Of a DNA stretch of 64,000 bases, positions 22,551 to 32,765 are shown piece after piece (the stretch's first letter is position 1; each line of letters starts with the position of its first letter). The notes under the pieces were generated by a model. That model was not told the origin of the DNA, did no database searches, and saw only the letters and a program-made list of their open reading frames with translations. Source of the stretch: an uncultured Alphaproteobacteria bacterium (GTDB lineage Bacteria; Pseudomonadota; Alphaproteobacteria; RF32; CAG-239); NCBI GenBank assembly GCA_944391445.1, contig CALXTL010000005.1:16768-80767 (forward strand). Direction: 5' to 3'. The position numbers were made by a program, and so were the translations under genes.

Positions 22551-25178
22551 CTAAAATTTATATTTAGCATTCAACATACCGGTATGATCTGTGTAATCTG
22601 AACGATAATGACCTTCATAGCCGGCCGAAACTTCCCAATTATCAGAGACATCAGCGGCCAGTCCTAATCCGGCTTCAATACCGAAACGATCCAAGTCTTC
22701 ACCGTCAACAACATAACCTTGACCATTGGCCAGAGTTACGGCGGCGTTGTTGTCATCGTCCATCAGATCGTAAGTCGCGGCAAGGCGAGCTTCCGGTCTG
22801 ATATTCATACCATTGTCAAGAGCAAAGTCTTTGCTGGCTTTAACGCCGACAACACCGGTCAGAATATCGCTGATATTCGAACCGACTTTAGTTCCAAGAT
22901 TATCGGTGTAACCGTCCTGATCAATCCGAACATAACGCAATCCGGCTTCCGGCGTCAGATTAAAGCCGTTAACCTGCATGTCGTATCCTGTCATGGCCTG
23001 CAGACCGATGGTATCGACATCGTATTTGCCGTCAGCATTAGCCCCGGCAACATTTTTCTTTTCATCATATTCAGACCAGTTGTAAGTGGCAATACCGTTG
23101 ACAAACCAATTCGACGGTTTGTATTCTCCGTACAAAATAGCCGTATGGGTATCAACATCAATATCGCGACGATGACTGTCAATATCCGTCTGATTATAAG
23201 CATAACCGACACCAACTTTGGTCTTGGCATCAATTTGCTTGTCCGCACCAAAAGCAACACCATAAGTATCACTGTCAAACCCGTTGGTCTTAGACGTACT
23301 GTCATGCTTACCATGGTTAAACAGAGTACGGATCCATGTTTTCACACCGGAAAAAGCATCACCGGAAGAAGCGCCTTCGCTGGTTGATGCGACAGAACCT
23401 CCGGAAAGCTGCGAAGTAACAGCGCTGAAGACCTGATTGGCAATATTGGTCTGGGTTGTTCTGACAACCGGAGCCGTATCTGCACCCATGGCATCGACTT
23501 CTTCCAAAGCAGCTCTTTCACCGCCCTGAGTTTGGAACATATCGTTGATAGCCTCGGCTGCTTTGTCAAAATTGGCATTATCAGACTCAGCCCCGCTTGT
23601 TACCGCCAGCAAAGCTGTTGCCTGAGAAGCCGTAGCCCCGGTGGTTGCCGCCAGCTCAGCCCCGTTTTTCTTCTCATATTTTCCGTTTTCTGCGTCATAC
23701 GTAAACAGAGCATTATTATCAGCAAACTTGAGTTTTTCGTCGCGACCTTCGGCGCCTTCCAAGAATTTTGACGTATCAAAGGAATCAATACCGGCGGCAA
23801 ATTTGGCCTCAACTTCAACTTCGCTCGCCAAAGTGACATCACCGATAATATTGGCAGAATTCTCAGCATCAAAAACTTTGGTGACGATTTTGTTGCCTTC
23901 ACCCAAAGTCAGCGCACCTGCTTCTTCGCCATTGTCCTCTTTAACCACTTTCAAGTCATGGTTTAAATTAATTGTCGTCCCGCTGATTTCGGTTTTGTTA
24001 GCGGCAATTGTCGCCGCACCGTCAACATTAAGGACGGAACTTCCCTCATCTGCACCAATAACCAGTTTACCGTCATCCCAGGCGCGCAACAGAGCCGGAC
24101 CTTCATCAGAACCGTTCATATTAATTGTGCTGTCTGTAAAGGTCAGTCCGCCGCTACCTGCCGAAAATTGACCATGTTCGCCGACATTAACTACAGCATC
24201 GCTAACTTTGATGGAATTGTTAGCACCCAACATAGAGCCGGCACGCCATTCATCCTGAGACGGATTGGGCTCAGCCATAATACCATCAAGACTGACTTCA
24301 CCGCCGTTAATTTCCAAACTGCCAACCCAAACGCCGGCGCCATTTTTCAAATCAATACCATTATTCAGGATCAGCTTGCCTTCGGAACCGTCACCGCCAT
24401 TAATTTCGGTAACATCGGCGGAAGAAATACCGACAAATTTACCCGGTTCGTAAGTTCCGTCAAAAGACAGTTTTTTGTTGGCTGTCAAGGTCGTGTCGTC
24501 ACCACTTAGTGCAATACGACCATTGTTTTCCAAATCAGTATCTAAAATCGTATCTTTTGCTAAAACCAAAATACCGTCATTTTTAACCTTACCATTGCCG
24601 GTAATGTTGATTTCGTTTGTTTCAGCATCTCCGCCTTTAACATAGGTTTTACCTTCGCCGAAAGTAACTGTTTTACCGTCAGCAATAGTCAAGACCTTAG
24701 TATCCTCATCATAATCTTCGCCGGTATGCAGCCAAATTCCAGTTCCGTCCTTAAACTCTACATCGCCGACTTTAATATCATTAGCCAAAACAAGCTCGCC
24801 TTCCTCAACAGAAGAACCTGAGCTGTTGTATACCTTACCTTTGTCCATAACCAGTTTGATGCCGGACAAATCTGATCCTTTAGCACCTGCGGTCAGATAC
24901 CCTTGAATCGTTAAGGTCTTATCTCCGGTCAAGGTTGTGGGAGCGGCCATATTTGTGAAAGCATTCATAGTTACATCATCAAGCAATGTAACATTAGCTT
25001 TTTCTCCGGTAAAAAAGACACGGCTGTCAGGTTTGATGTAGTTTGACCCAATCTTCTCATCAACGATAGATTGACTGAGACTATCACCATCCTTAACCAG
25101 ATAATCTGCTGCGTTTGTATTACCTGCAACAAATGCGGCGGCCACCAAAGCTGTTGTAAATAAAAGTTTATTTTTCAT
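22551..25178 (-). CDS. Autotransporter (type Va) outer-membrane protein with a large Gly/Asp/Thr-rich passenger domain
   Basis: Signal peptide MKNKLLFTTALVAAAFVAGNTNA; repetitive passenger; C-terminal beta-barrel translocator ending ...GYEGHYRSDYTDHTGMLNAKYKF with a terminal aromatic residue. AAGGAAA ribosome-binding site. Confidence 0.85.
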   Translation of the reverse strand: MKNKLLFTTALVAAAFVAGNTNAADYLVKDGDSLSQSIVDEKIGSNYIKPDSRVFFTGEKANVTLLDDVTMNAFTNMAAPTTLTGDKTLTIQGYLTAGAKGSDLSGIKLVMDKGKVYNSSGSSVEEGELVLANDIKVGDVEFKDGTGIWLHTGEDYDEDTKVLTIADGKTVTFGEGKTYVKGGDAETNEINITGNGKVKNDGILVLAKDTILDTDLENNGRIALSGDDTTLTANKKLSFDGTYEPGKFVGISSADVTEINGGDGSEGKLILNNGIDLKNGAGVWVGSLEINGGEVSLDGIMAEPNPSQDEWRAGSMLGANNSIKVSDAVVNVGEHGQFSAGSGGLTFTDSTINMNGSDEGPALLRAWDDGKLVIGADEGSSVLNVDGAATIAANKTEISGTTINLNHDLKVVKEDNGEEAGALTLGEGNKIVTKVFDAENSANIIGDVTLASEVEVEAKFAAGIDSFDTSKFLEGAEGRDEKLKFADNNALFTYDAENGKYEKKNGAELAATTGATASQATALLAVTSGAESDNANFDKAAEAINDMFQTQGGERAALEEVDAMGADTAPVVRTTQTNIANQVFSAVTSQLSGGSVASTSEGASSGDAFSGVKTWIRTLFNHGKHDSTSKTNGFDSDTYGVAFGADKQIDAKTKVGVGYAYNQTDIDSHRRDIDVDTHTAILYGEYKPSNWFVNGIATYNWSEYDEKKNVAGANADGKYDVDTIGLQAMTGYDMQVNGFNLTPEAGLRYVRIDQDGYTDNLGTKVGSNISDILTGVVGVKASKDFALDNGMNIRPEARLAATYDLMDDDNNAAVTLANGQGYVVDGEDLDRFGIEAGLGLAADVSDNWEVSAGYEGHYRSDYTDHTGMLNAKYKF

Positions 25179-25601
25179 AAGACTTGTTTCCTTATCTTAA
25201 TTGCAATTAAAAATTTTTAATTTGTCTTGATAGACTTTTTCACTATACACAAACCAACCTTTGTGACCAACGTCAAACAAAACAAAGCTGTTTAAAACGG
25301 AAGAAAACAACATATTATTTTTTCATGATTTTTTTATGAAGACGGAAAAATAAAAATTGGTTGATTTTATCGTTCTAATAAAGTGACCAGAAATATAAGA
25401 TTAAAACAAAAGCTGTTGCCGGTTATCTCCGCATAAACTTTAGGCAATAACATATCTCTGACAATTCCGTCTCCGTCTGCAACCATTCGAATATTGGCTA
25501 AAAAAGTACGGAGTTTTTTGAAACAACCGGCCAAACCGTTTGTCTTTTATCATAAAAAAACGGCTCTGCAACAGAGCCGTTCTTAACTTAATTGTTCAGT
25601 C

Positions 25602-26594
25602 TCAAGCCTGAGAGGCATTATCCCCGGCAGGCGTTGTTGAAACCGAGACCGGTGCGGAATCACCATCCGCCGGCACCAGGCTCTGCAATGTACCTATAGC
25701 CTTTTTGCGCTTCAGTTTATTGACAAATTTCATTGAGCGCTGGGCATCCCATTTCTTTTTACCTTCCTCACGCTGGAAAATCTGCTGATAGACCTCCAAA
25801 GCCTGATCAAATTCGGAAAGTTTGGTCAAACAACTGGCCAAACCGTCATACAATTTATGGTGATAACGATTGCCGATAATCATTTGCGCTTTTTTATAAC
25901 ATTTAAGCGCATCATTAAATTTCATCATTTTCTGATAAACAAAACCAATGGAAATCCACGCCTGAATTTCCCGGCTGTCAATATTAAGAATTTTGGTAAA
26001 GCACTTAATGGCAGAATTATTGTCACCCATCAGCTGATAGGTCACGCCGACACCATTCCATGCTTTGATGTTGTTTTTGTCGGCAGCCAAAACTTTTTTG
26101 AAGAAAGAAATCGCCCGGTCATACTGCTTAAGCTTCTGCAGCGTCACCGCCACGCTGAGCAGGGTCTGAGCATGTTTGTTGTCAATCTTCATGGCCTGTT
26201 CCAGCACATCCAAAGCTTCTTTATACGCAAACATATGCTGCAGAGCAATGGCTTTGCCGTTAAGCGCCTCCAAAGACGTCTGATCCAAAGCCACGGCTTC
26301 GTTAAAACACTGAATAGCGTCTTTATACAAACCGCGCATACTCAAAGTCACGCCTTTGTTATTCAAAACCTCGACAGAATTAGGATTCATCGCCAAAGCC
26401 TGATCAAAACATTCAACAGCCTCGGTATAGCGGCTGAGTTTTTGCAAAGCAAAACCCTTCGAATTAAGCGATTTCCATGAATCCGGCTGTTCGGCAATAG
26501 CGGCGTCAAATTGAGCAATAGCCTCTCTATACATGCCTTGATCGAGCAATTCTTGCCCTCTTTTATATGCTGTATTTTCGTTTGATTTAACCAT
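25602..26594 (-). CDS. Tetratricopeptide-repeat (TPR) protein
   Basis: About eight TPR units in tandem (AIAQFDAAIA...WKSLNSKGFAL, etc.). The ORF-track first codon at 26612 is TTG; the first ATG is at 26594. Confidence 0.8.
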   Translation of the reverse strand: MVKSNENTAYKRGQELLDQGMYREAIAQFDAAIAEQPDSWKSLNSKGFALQKLSRYTEAVECFDQALAMNPNSVEVLNNKGVTLSMRGLYKDAIQCFNEAVALDQTSLEALNGKAIALQHMFAYKEALDVLEQAMKIDNKHAQTLLSVAVTLQKLKQYDRAISFFKKVLAADKNNIKAWNGVGVTYQLMGDNNSAIKCFTKILNIDSREIQAWISIGFVYQKMMKFNDALKCYKKAQMIIGNRYHHKLYDGLASCLTKLSEFDQALEVYQQIFQREEGKKKWDAQRSMKFVNKLKRKKAIGTLQSLVPADGDSAPVSVSTTPAGDNASQA

Positions 26595-26691
26595 GATTTT
26601 TCTCTTCTTCAATTATAAGTTCAAAATAATTGCTTCAGATACGCTAGCATATCTCTTTCCCAGTGTCAAGTGGCGGAAGTTTATATATTTT

Positions 26692-27630
26692 TTACAAAGC
26701 AGATACGGCTTCATAAAAATCGGTTCCTGTTCTGAGTTCGATTCGCCGGCAATCGTTGCGTCGACAGAAATCAATTTGTTCACGGCGTTTTTCTGCAAAA
26801 TATTTCTCATAATTGCGGCGATAATCGCGCGACCGACTGTCAAAAATCAATTTTTGCCCGTCGTATTGTGCCAGATATTCACCGGCTTTCGGAGCCTTTT
26901 CTTCCAAAATATCATACACATCAACCAAACATAAACGATGCCGTTTGGCCAACAAACCAAGTTCCGAACGCATCTGTGCAAAATTACCCCCGAAACCGCT
27001 GATGACAAAAATCGTCGCCCGGTTGCCGGCACATTGTTCCATCTGGCGAAAAGACTTTTTGAGTTCACCGGCATCATAACGGGATTTTTGCAAAACATCC
27101 CGCCCGATTGCCGCAATTTTTTTGAAAACGGCGCTCAACTGCGCTCGCCCGCTTTGCGGTTTGAACCAAAATGTTTTTGTTCCGTCAAAAATCATCGCGC
27201 CGAAACGATCTTTTTTCTCAAGCGCCAGCCAGCCGATCAAAGCGGCAAACTTGGCGGCCGTAACACTTTTCAGTTCTTTCCGCGTGCCAAAAAGCATCGG
27301 CGCCGACAAATCCAGCCAGATATCAATCTCCAAATCCCGTTCTTCGGCAAATATTTTGGTATACGGCTGCTGCTTGCGCGCCGTCACCCGCCAGTCAATA
27401 TCCCTGACATCATCGCCGAAATTATACGCGCGGATTTCTTCAAACTCCATTCCCCGTCCTTTAAACACGGACTTTATGTCACCGCTGCGGGCAGAAAAAG
27501 TTTTTTGCCGGTTAAAATGACGCGCATAATGAACCCAACGGCGCATTCCGGCCAATTCTTCCAAAGAGGCAAACAGTCCGTTGCCCTCCTCTTTTCTCTT
27601 TTTATGTCGGGGCCAAAACCTAAGGTTCAT
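26692..27630 (-). CDS. DUF58 domain protein, partner of a MoxR ATPase
   Basis: DUF58 motif (DIDWRVTARKQQPYTKIFAEERDLEIDIWLDLSAPMLFG); immediately downstream of MoxR. Confidence 0.85.
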   Translation of the reverse strand: MNLRFWPRHKKRKEEGNGLFASLEELAGMRRWVHYARHFNRQKTFSARSGDIKSVFKGRGMEFEEIRAYNFGDDVRDIDWRVTARKQQPYTKIFAEERDLEIDIWLDLSAPMLFGTRKELKSVTAAKFAALIGWLALEKKDRFGAMIFDGTKTFWFKPQSGRAQLSAVFKKIAAIGRDVLQKSRYDAGELKKSFRQMEQCAGNRATIFVISGFGGNFAQMRSELGLLAKRHRLCLVDVYDILEEKAPKAGEYLAQYDGQKLIFDSRSRDYRRNYEKYFAEKRREQIDFCRRNDCRRIELRTGTDFYEAVSAL

Positions 27631-27641
27631 ATGAGCATCTC

Positions 27642-28613
27642 CTAAGGCAACGGCACCAATTTGAGAATTTGGGCAATAACCTCTTCCGTCGTCACGCCTT
27701 CCGCCTGCGCATCAAACGAAAGAATAATACGATGCCGCAAAATATCAAAAACCACTGCCCGGATATCCTCCGGCGTCACATAATTCCGCTCCTGCAGCCA
27801 GGCGTGAATTTTAGCGCAGCGATCCAAAGCCAGTGTGGCTCTGGGACTGGCGCCGTACATAATATAACCGGACATACGCGCGTCATATTTTTCAAGATGC
27901 CTTGTTGCCAGCACCAATTGCACCATATATTCCTCCACGGCATCGCTCATATGCACGCCGGCAGCTTCTTGCCGCGCGTTCAAAATATCTTTTGTATCGA
28001 GTTTGACCGGTAACGATGTATCGCCGCCGGCAATTTCGCGACGAACCAGCTCTAAAATTTTCTTTTCGCCGGCAGCATCCGGCTGATCAATTTTAACATA
28101 CATCAAAAACCGATCCAGCTGCGCTTCGGGCAGGTTATAGGTCCCCTCATGCTCAATCGGATTTTGCGTCGCCATCACCATAAAAAGCTGCGGCAGTTCA
28201 TAAGTTTTGCCGCCAACGCTGACCTGACGCTCGGCCATGGCTTCCAAAAGTGCGGACTGAACTTTGGCCGGAGCCCGGTTGATTTCATCGGCCAAAACCA
28301 AATTGGCAAAAACCGGACCTTCGCGAAATTCAAATTCGCCTTTAGCGGCCACATAAATATCACTTCCCGTAATATCCGAAGGCAGCAGATCCGGCGTAAA
28401 CTGAATGCGGTTGTACCGGGCATTAATGGCAGAAGCCAGTGTTTTAACAGCTTTGGTTTTGGCCAGACCGGGCGCGCCTTCAACCAAGACATTTCCATCG
28501 GCCAGCAGCGTAATGATAAGCTTATTCACAAGATCTTCCTGGCCGATAATCTGTGCATCCATATAATTTTTCAAAGCAATAATTTTTGTTCTGGCCTCCG
28601 ACATTTTCATCAT
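27642..28613 (-). CDS. MoxR-family AAA+ ATPase
   Basis: Walker A GAPGLAKT, Walker B LLADEINRA and overall MoxR similarity; 323 aa. Confidence 0.9.
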   Translation of the reverse strand: MMKMSEARTKIIALKNYMDAQIIGQEDLVNKLIITLLADGNVLVEGAPGLAKTKAVKTLASAINARYNRIQFTPDLLPSDITGSDIYVAAKGEFEFREGPVFANLVLADEINRAPAKVQSALLEAMAERQVSVGGKTYELPQLFMVMATQNPIEHEGTYNLPEAQLDRFLMYVKIDQPDAAGEKKILELVRREIAGGDTSLPVKLDTKDILNARQEAAGVHMSDAVEEYMVQLVLATRHLEKYDARMSGYIMYGASPRATLALDRCAKIHAWLQERNYVTPEDIRAVVFDILRHRIILSFDAQAEGVTTEEVIAQILKLVPLP

Positions 28614-28704
28614 CCTTTTTTGTTGTTATCAAACAGATTCTGCTTTGACAAATAGCATATATCATATATATTTCCTAAAGATTAAAAAAACAAGAAGATT
28701 AGCA

Positions 28705-30984
28705 ATGGACGATATTTTCGAGCTGGAAGAAATACCTGAGCCTCAGACCTTTGACAACATCTCGGCGCTGCGCCCGCAGTGTCCGTGGCTGGACATGCTC
28801 AACCCCGAGCAAAAAAAAGCCGTGCAGACGACTGAAGGTCCCGTTTTGGTTCTTTCCGGCGCCGGCACCGGCAAAACCAAAGTGCTTACCTCGCGCTTAG
28901 CATATATTTTGGCCAATCATCTCGCCAACCCGTGGGAATGTCTGGTTGTCACATTCACCAACCGGGCTGCCCGCGAAATGAAAGAGCGGGTCCAGAACCT
29001 GATCGGCGATGCGGCCTCTTCAGTCTGGCTCGGCACTTTTCACAGTATCTGCGTCAAAATTCTGCGTAACCATGCCGAGCTTGTCGGTCTGCACTCCAAC
29101 TTCACCATTTTAAACGAAGATGATCAGAAACGCGTCATCAAACAAATCCTTGAAGCCAACAACATTGACGACAAAAAATATCCGCCTCAGGCGCTGCTGG
29201 AAAAAATCTCACGCTGGAAAGACAAAGGCCTGAGTGTTGACAAAATCGGCAGCGAATTCAAAGAAAACACCGTTACCGAAGTCTACCGGCTTTATCAGCA
29301 GCGGCTGCATGAACTCAATTGCGTTGACTTTGGTGACATTATTTTATTTGCGCTGACCATTCTGATGTCCGATGCCGACATTCTGAGCAAATATCAGACC
29401 CGCTTCAAATATATCATGGTTGACGAATACCAAGACACCAATGTCAGTCAGTATTTGCTGATTCGCCTGCTATGCCAGAAATACCGCAATCTTTGCTGTG
29501 TCGGTGATGATGATCAGTCGATTTATTCCTGGCGTGGTGCCGAAATTGAAAATATTCTTCGTTTCAACAAAGATTTCAAAGACGCCCTGACCATCCGTCT
29601 GGAACGTAATTATCGCTCTACGGCGCATATTTTGGCCGCAGCCTCCAACCTAATAGCCCATAACGAAGGCCGCCTCGGCAAAACGTTGAAGGTAGCGGAA
29701 AACTCCCCTGCACAAAAAGCAGAAAATACCAAGATCAAAGTTATCAGCACTTTTAACGGCGAAGAAGAAGCACGCTACATTATCGGTGAAATAGAAGCTT
29801 TGGCCAGAAGCGGCTACCGCTATGCCGACATGGCCATTCTTGTCCGCACCGCGGCTCAAACCCGGGAATTTGAAGAAAAATTCATGGCCGAGGCCATCCC
29901 TTATCAGGTCATTGGCGGTCTGAAGTTTTATGAGCGCGCCGAAATTCGCGATGCCCTGGCTTATTTTCGAATTATTCTGCAACCGGATGACGATCTGGCG
30001 CTGGAACGCATTATTAACAAACCGGCTCGCGGCATTGGCGCCAAATCGATTGAAAAATTTCAAAATGAGGCGCGTCTGTTGCATACCTCAATGTATCGTG
30101 CTGTTGAAAAAATGCTCAATGAAGGAACGCTTTCCGGCAAAGCCGGCAAAAGTCTGCGGGAATTATTTGAGCATTTTGCCCAATGGCGCCGAATGCTGCC
30201 CGCTGTCTCACCGGATGAGCTTGCCTCCAGCGTGTTGGAAGATTCCGGCTATATAGACATGCTTAAAGCGGATAAGTCCGCCGAAGCCCCCGGCCGTCTT
30301 GAAAACTTGCGGGAATTAATCAACGTCATGAGCGACACCGACAAATATCCGACGCTGCCTGACTTTATGGAACATGTCAGCCTGGTCATGGAAAAAGACG
30401 ACATGACCAATGAGAATAAGGTCATGCTGATCACGCTGCATTCGGCCAAAGGCTTGGAGTTTGAAATTGTTTTTCTGCCGGGATGGGAAGAAGGACTATT
30501 CCCGCATCAGCGTGCACTGGACGAAGGCGGAACTCAAGCTTTGGAAGAAGAGCGTCGCCTGGCTTATGTAGCCATCACCCGCGCCAAACAAAAATTATAC
30601 ATCACCATGGCCGCCAGCCGCCGAGTTTACGGCCAGTGGCAAAACAACCTGCCGTCGCGCTTTGTCAATGAACTGCCGCCGGCTCATATCGAAATCTGCA
30701 ACAAATGCGGCAATTTTTATGACTCTGCTTATTCATATTCCCAAAACACCGGCTCAGGAGCCGCTTATCAGGAGAACGCTTATGGAACCAGTATTTTTCG
30801 TCGGAATTCCCATGACAATCATGTTCATCATTCTACTGATGAACATCTGATGGGGCAAAAAGTATATCATCAGACTTTCGGCTACGGCAAAGTTGTTGCG
30901 CAGGACGGCAACACCGTCACCGTCTGCTTTGAACACGCCGGCATAAAAAAGCTGATGAGCTCTTTTGTTTGCAAAGCCGAATAG
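28705..30984 (+). CDS. uvrD: ATP-dependent DNA helicase, UvrD/Rep/PcrA family (SF1A)
   Basis: Walker A GAGTGKT and UvrD motifs (VDEYQDTN, TLHSAKGLEF, VAITRAK). The ORF-track first codon at 28645 is TTG; the ATG at 28705 is preferred. Confidence 0.88.
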   Translation: MDDIFELEEIPEPQTFDNISALRPQCPWLDMLNPEQKKAVQTTEGPVLVLSGAGTGKTKVLTSRLAYILANHLANPWECLVVTFTNRAAREMKERVQNLIGDAASSVWLGTFHSICVKILRNHAELVGLHSNFTILNEDDQKRVIKQILEANNIDDKKYPPQALLEKISRWKDKGLSVDKIGSEFKENTVTEVYRLYQQRLHELNCVDFGDIILFALTILMSDADILSKYQTRFKYIMVDEYQDTNVSQYLLIRLLCQKYRNLCCVGDDDQSIYSWRGAEIENILRFNKDFKDALTIRLERNYRSTAHILAAASNLIAHNEGRLGKTLKVAENSPAQKAENTKIKVISTFNGEEEARYIIGEIEALARSGYRYADMAILVRTAAQTREFEEKFMAEAIPYQVIGGLKFYERAEIRDALAYFRIILQPDDDLALERIINKPARGIGAKSIEKFQNEARLLHTSMYRAVEKMLNEGTLSGKAGKSLRELFEHFAQWRRMLPAVSPDELASSVLEDSGYIDMLKADKSAEAPGRLENLRELINVMSDTDKYPTLPDFMEHVSLVMEKDDMTNENKVMLITLHSAKGLEFEIVFLPGWEEGLFPHQRALDEGGTQALEEERRLAYVAITRAKQKLYITMAASRRVYGQWQNNLPSRFVNELPPAHIEICNKCGNFYDSAYSYSQNTGSGAAYQENAYGTSIFRRNSHDNHVHHSTDEHLMGQKVYHQTFGYGKVVAQDGNTVTVCFEHAGIKKLMSSFVCKAE

Positions 30985-30987
30985 CCT

Positions 30988-31527
30988 TTATGGCACAAAA
31001 CGCAAAAACAACTCCAAAGGAGACACCTTTGCACCGTTGACGCTCATGCCGGAAAACACAAATCGGCTTCCGTCAAGATCCTGACAAGAGTACGGAGAAA
31101 TAAAACCGACCCGACCCAAACGAACAACGCCCGTCTCTGTTTCAAAATTTTCCGGATGATAACGGTCAATCACCCCCGCCTTCACACGAGAGATTCGTTT
31201 GCCTTTAATAACTTCAAGCAGCATATGATCCAACGCACCGGCTGCATCAGGTTCACCAGCCAGAGCCGTTTTATAAAGCACGACGTCAAAGCGGACATCT
31301 TTATGCGGTGCCCCGCGGCCGCAGCCATCGTTAAACGCCAAAGGATCGGTATACACAAAAAATTTTAAACCTTCCGACGGATTCTCAAACGAGGTATACA
31401 ATGGCGTTGTTTCGGCGGACTGCCATCCCGGCGACAAAAGCTCAAATTGCAGCGGACCAAACCCTTGTGCCTGAGATGTCTCGCACCACAATAGCAAACA
31501 ACAAACAATCAAAAATTTGCGGTTCAT
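30988..31527 (-). CDS. Hypothetical secreted protein
   Basis: Signal peptide MNRKFLIVCCLLLWCETSQAQ; GGGGAGA ribosome-binding site; no recognisable domain. Confidence 0.5.
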   Translation of the reverse strand: MNRKFLIVCCLLLWCETSQAQGFGPLQFELLSPGWQSAETTPLYTSFENPSEGLKFFVYTDPLAFNDGCGRGAPHKDVRFDVVLYKTALAGEPDAAGALDHMLLEVIKGKRISRVKAGVIDRYHPENFETETGVVRLGRVGFISPYSCQDLDGSRFVFSGMSVNGAKVSPLELFLRFVP

Positions 31528-31671
31528 AAATGTCTCCCCGGCATAATCTTTTTTTTATGATTTAAGTGAATATCCGATTTTTTCGTCTGTCAATGAAAAT
31601 AACACTTGACTATTATAATATATATGGATAATGATATATTACAAACACGCTATAAATAAAAAGGGAACAAA

Positions 31672-32025
31672 ATGAAAAACATACTTCGCATATTTGCCTT
31701 TGTCCTGTGCCTAACAGCCTGCAATAAACCGCAGGACGAATTTACCTTCGCACCGGACAAAGTCTATTTTTTCTACGCCAATTCTTGTCCGCATTGTCAT
31801 GATGCCTTGGACGAAATCAATAAAAAATACCCAAAACTGTCATTAAGCATGATCAATGTGGCCAACAATCAGGGCTACGAACTATTGCTCAAATGTGCGC
31901 AAAAATTTAATCTCGGCAACCGGATCGGAACACCGCTGTTCTGCATGGGAGATAAATATCTGATGGGCTGGTCGCCGGAAATTGCCAAACAGTTTGACCG
32001 GGATATCAAACCTTTCCTCAAATAA
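31672..32025 (+). CDS. Thioredoxin-fold lipoprotein with a CPHC active site (DsbA/thiol-disulfide oxidoreductase-like)
   Basis: Lipobox LTAC, then FFYANSCPHCHDA (Cys-Pro-His-Cys) in the position typical of thioredoxin-fold redox proteins; 117 aa. Confidence 0.55.
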   Translation: MKNILRIFAFVLCLTACNKPQDEFTFAPDKVYFFYANSCPHCHDALDEINKKYPKLSLSMINVANNQGYELLLKCAQKFNLGNRIGTPLFCMGDKYLMGWSPEIAKQFDRDIKPFLK

Positions 32026-32120
32026 AACCTCTCTCCGCGGTAATAAAACATATTTTTATTTACAACAGATGACGTTTCTGCTATATACTAAAAAATATTC
32101 ATAAATACCGGATTCTGCCT

Positions 32121-32765
32121 ATGGCCAAACAACTTCCCGTCGAAATCATGAAAAAAGCCGTTGTCGGCATCAGTTACATTGCGCATCCGCTGCGATTGCA
32201 AATTCTTGAGTTTCTGGATGTCAATGGTGCTTCGTCGGTTTCTGCCATCACCAAAGGGCTTGGCGCAGAACAAGTCATTGTCTCGCAGAGTCTCAAAAAA
32301 CTACGTGAAGCCAGTTTGGTTGAAACGGAACGCCGCGGCTTATTTATATATTATAAAATTTGTGAAGAATATCCTGCCAGCATTTTTGTTTGCATTCGCA
32401 AACTTTTCGGCTATATGACCAATAATTTTTATTTTCTGGCCGACGGATACAAAGCCCTGCTCCCGCGTGACTACACCACTATGGTCGCCAACCAGATCAA
32501 GCTGTTTGCCAATTATGAAAAAATGCGAATACTGGAATACCTTGTTTTGAATGAAAACAGCAATGTCACGGACATCATCAACGGGATTGGCAGTTCGCAG
32601 TTAAAAGTATCGCAATATCTCAAAAGACTGCGTGATGACGGCTTCGTCACTTGCCGCCGCGATGGTCGTTTTGTATATTATGCCATCACCAACGGCGTCC
32701 ACAAAACAGCAATTGAATGTATTCGCAAAAGATATAATGCTCTGTCTGAAAAAGCAGATTTTTAA
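32121..32765 (+). CDS. Transcriptional regulator with two tandem ArsR-type winged-helix domains
   Basis: Two repeats of the ArsR/SmtB HTH pattern: (1) HPLRLQILEFLDVNGASSVSAITKGLGAEQVIVSQSLKKLREASLVETERRGLFIYYKI and (2) EKMRILEYLVLNENSNVTDIINGIGSSQLKVSQYLKRLRDDGFVTCRRDGRFVYYAI. Confidence 0.6.
   Translation: MAKQLPVEIMKKAVVGISYIAHPLRLQILEFLDVNGASSVSAITKGLGAEQVIVSQSLKKLREASLVETERRGLFIYYKICEEYPASIFVCIRKLFGYMTNNFYFLADGYKALLPRDYTTMVANQIKLFANYEKMRILEYLVLNENSNVTDIINGIGSSQLKVSQYLKRLRDDGFVTCRRDGRFVYYAITNGVHKTAIECIRKRYNALSEKADF

Noticed and set aside
22719-24509. Multiple plus-strand ORFs of 60-220 aa inside the autotransporter gene
   Set aside because: They are antisense or alternative-frame products of the repetitive passenger region. 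The autotransporter frame is continuous from signal peptide to beta-barrel, which leaves no room for them.
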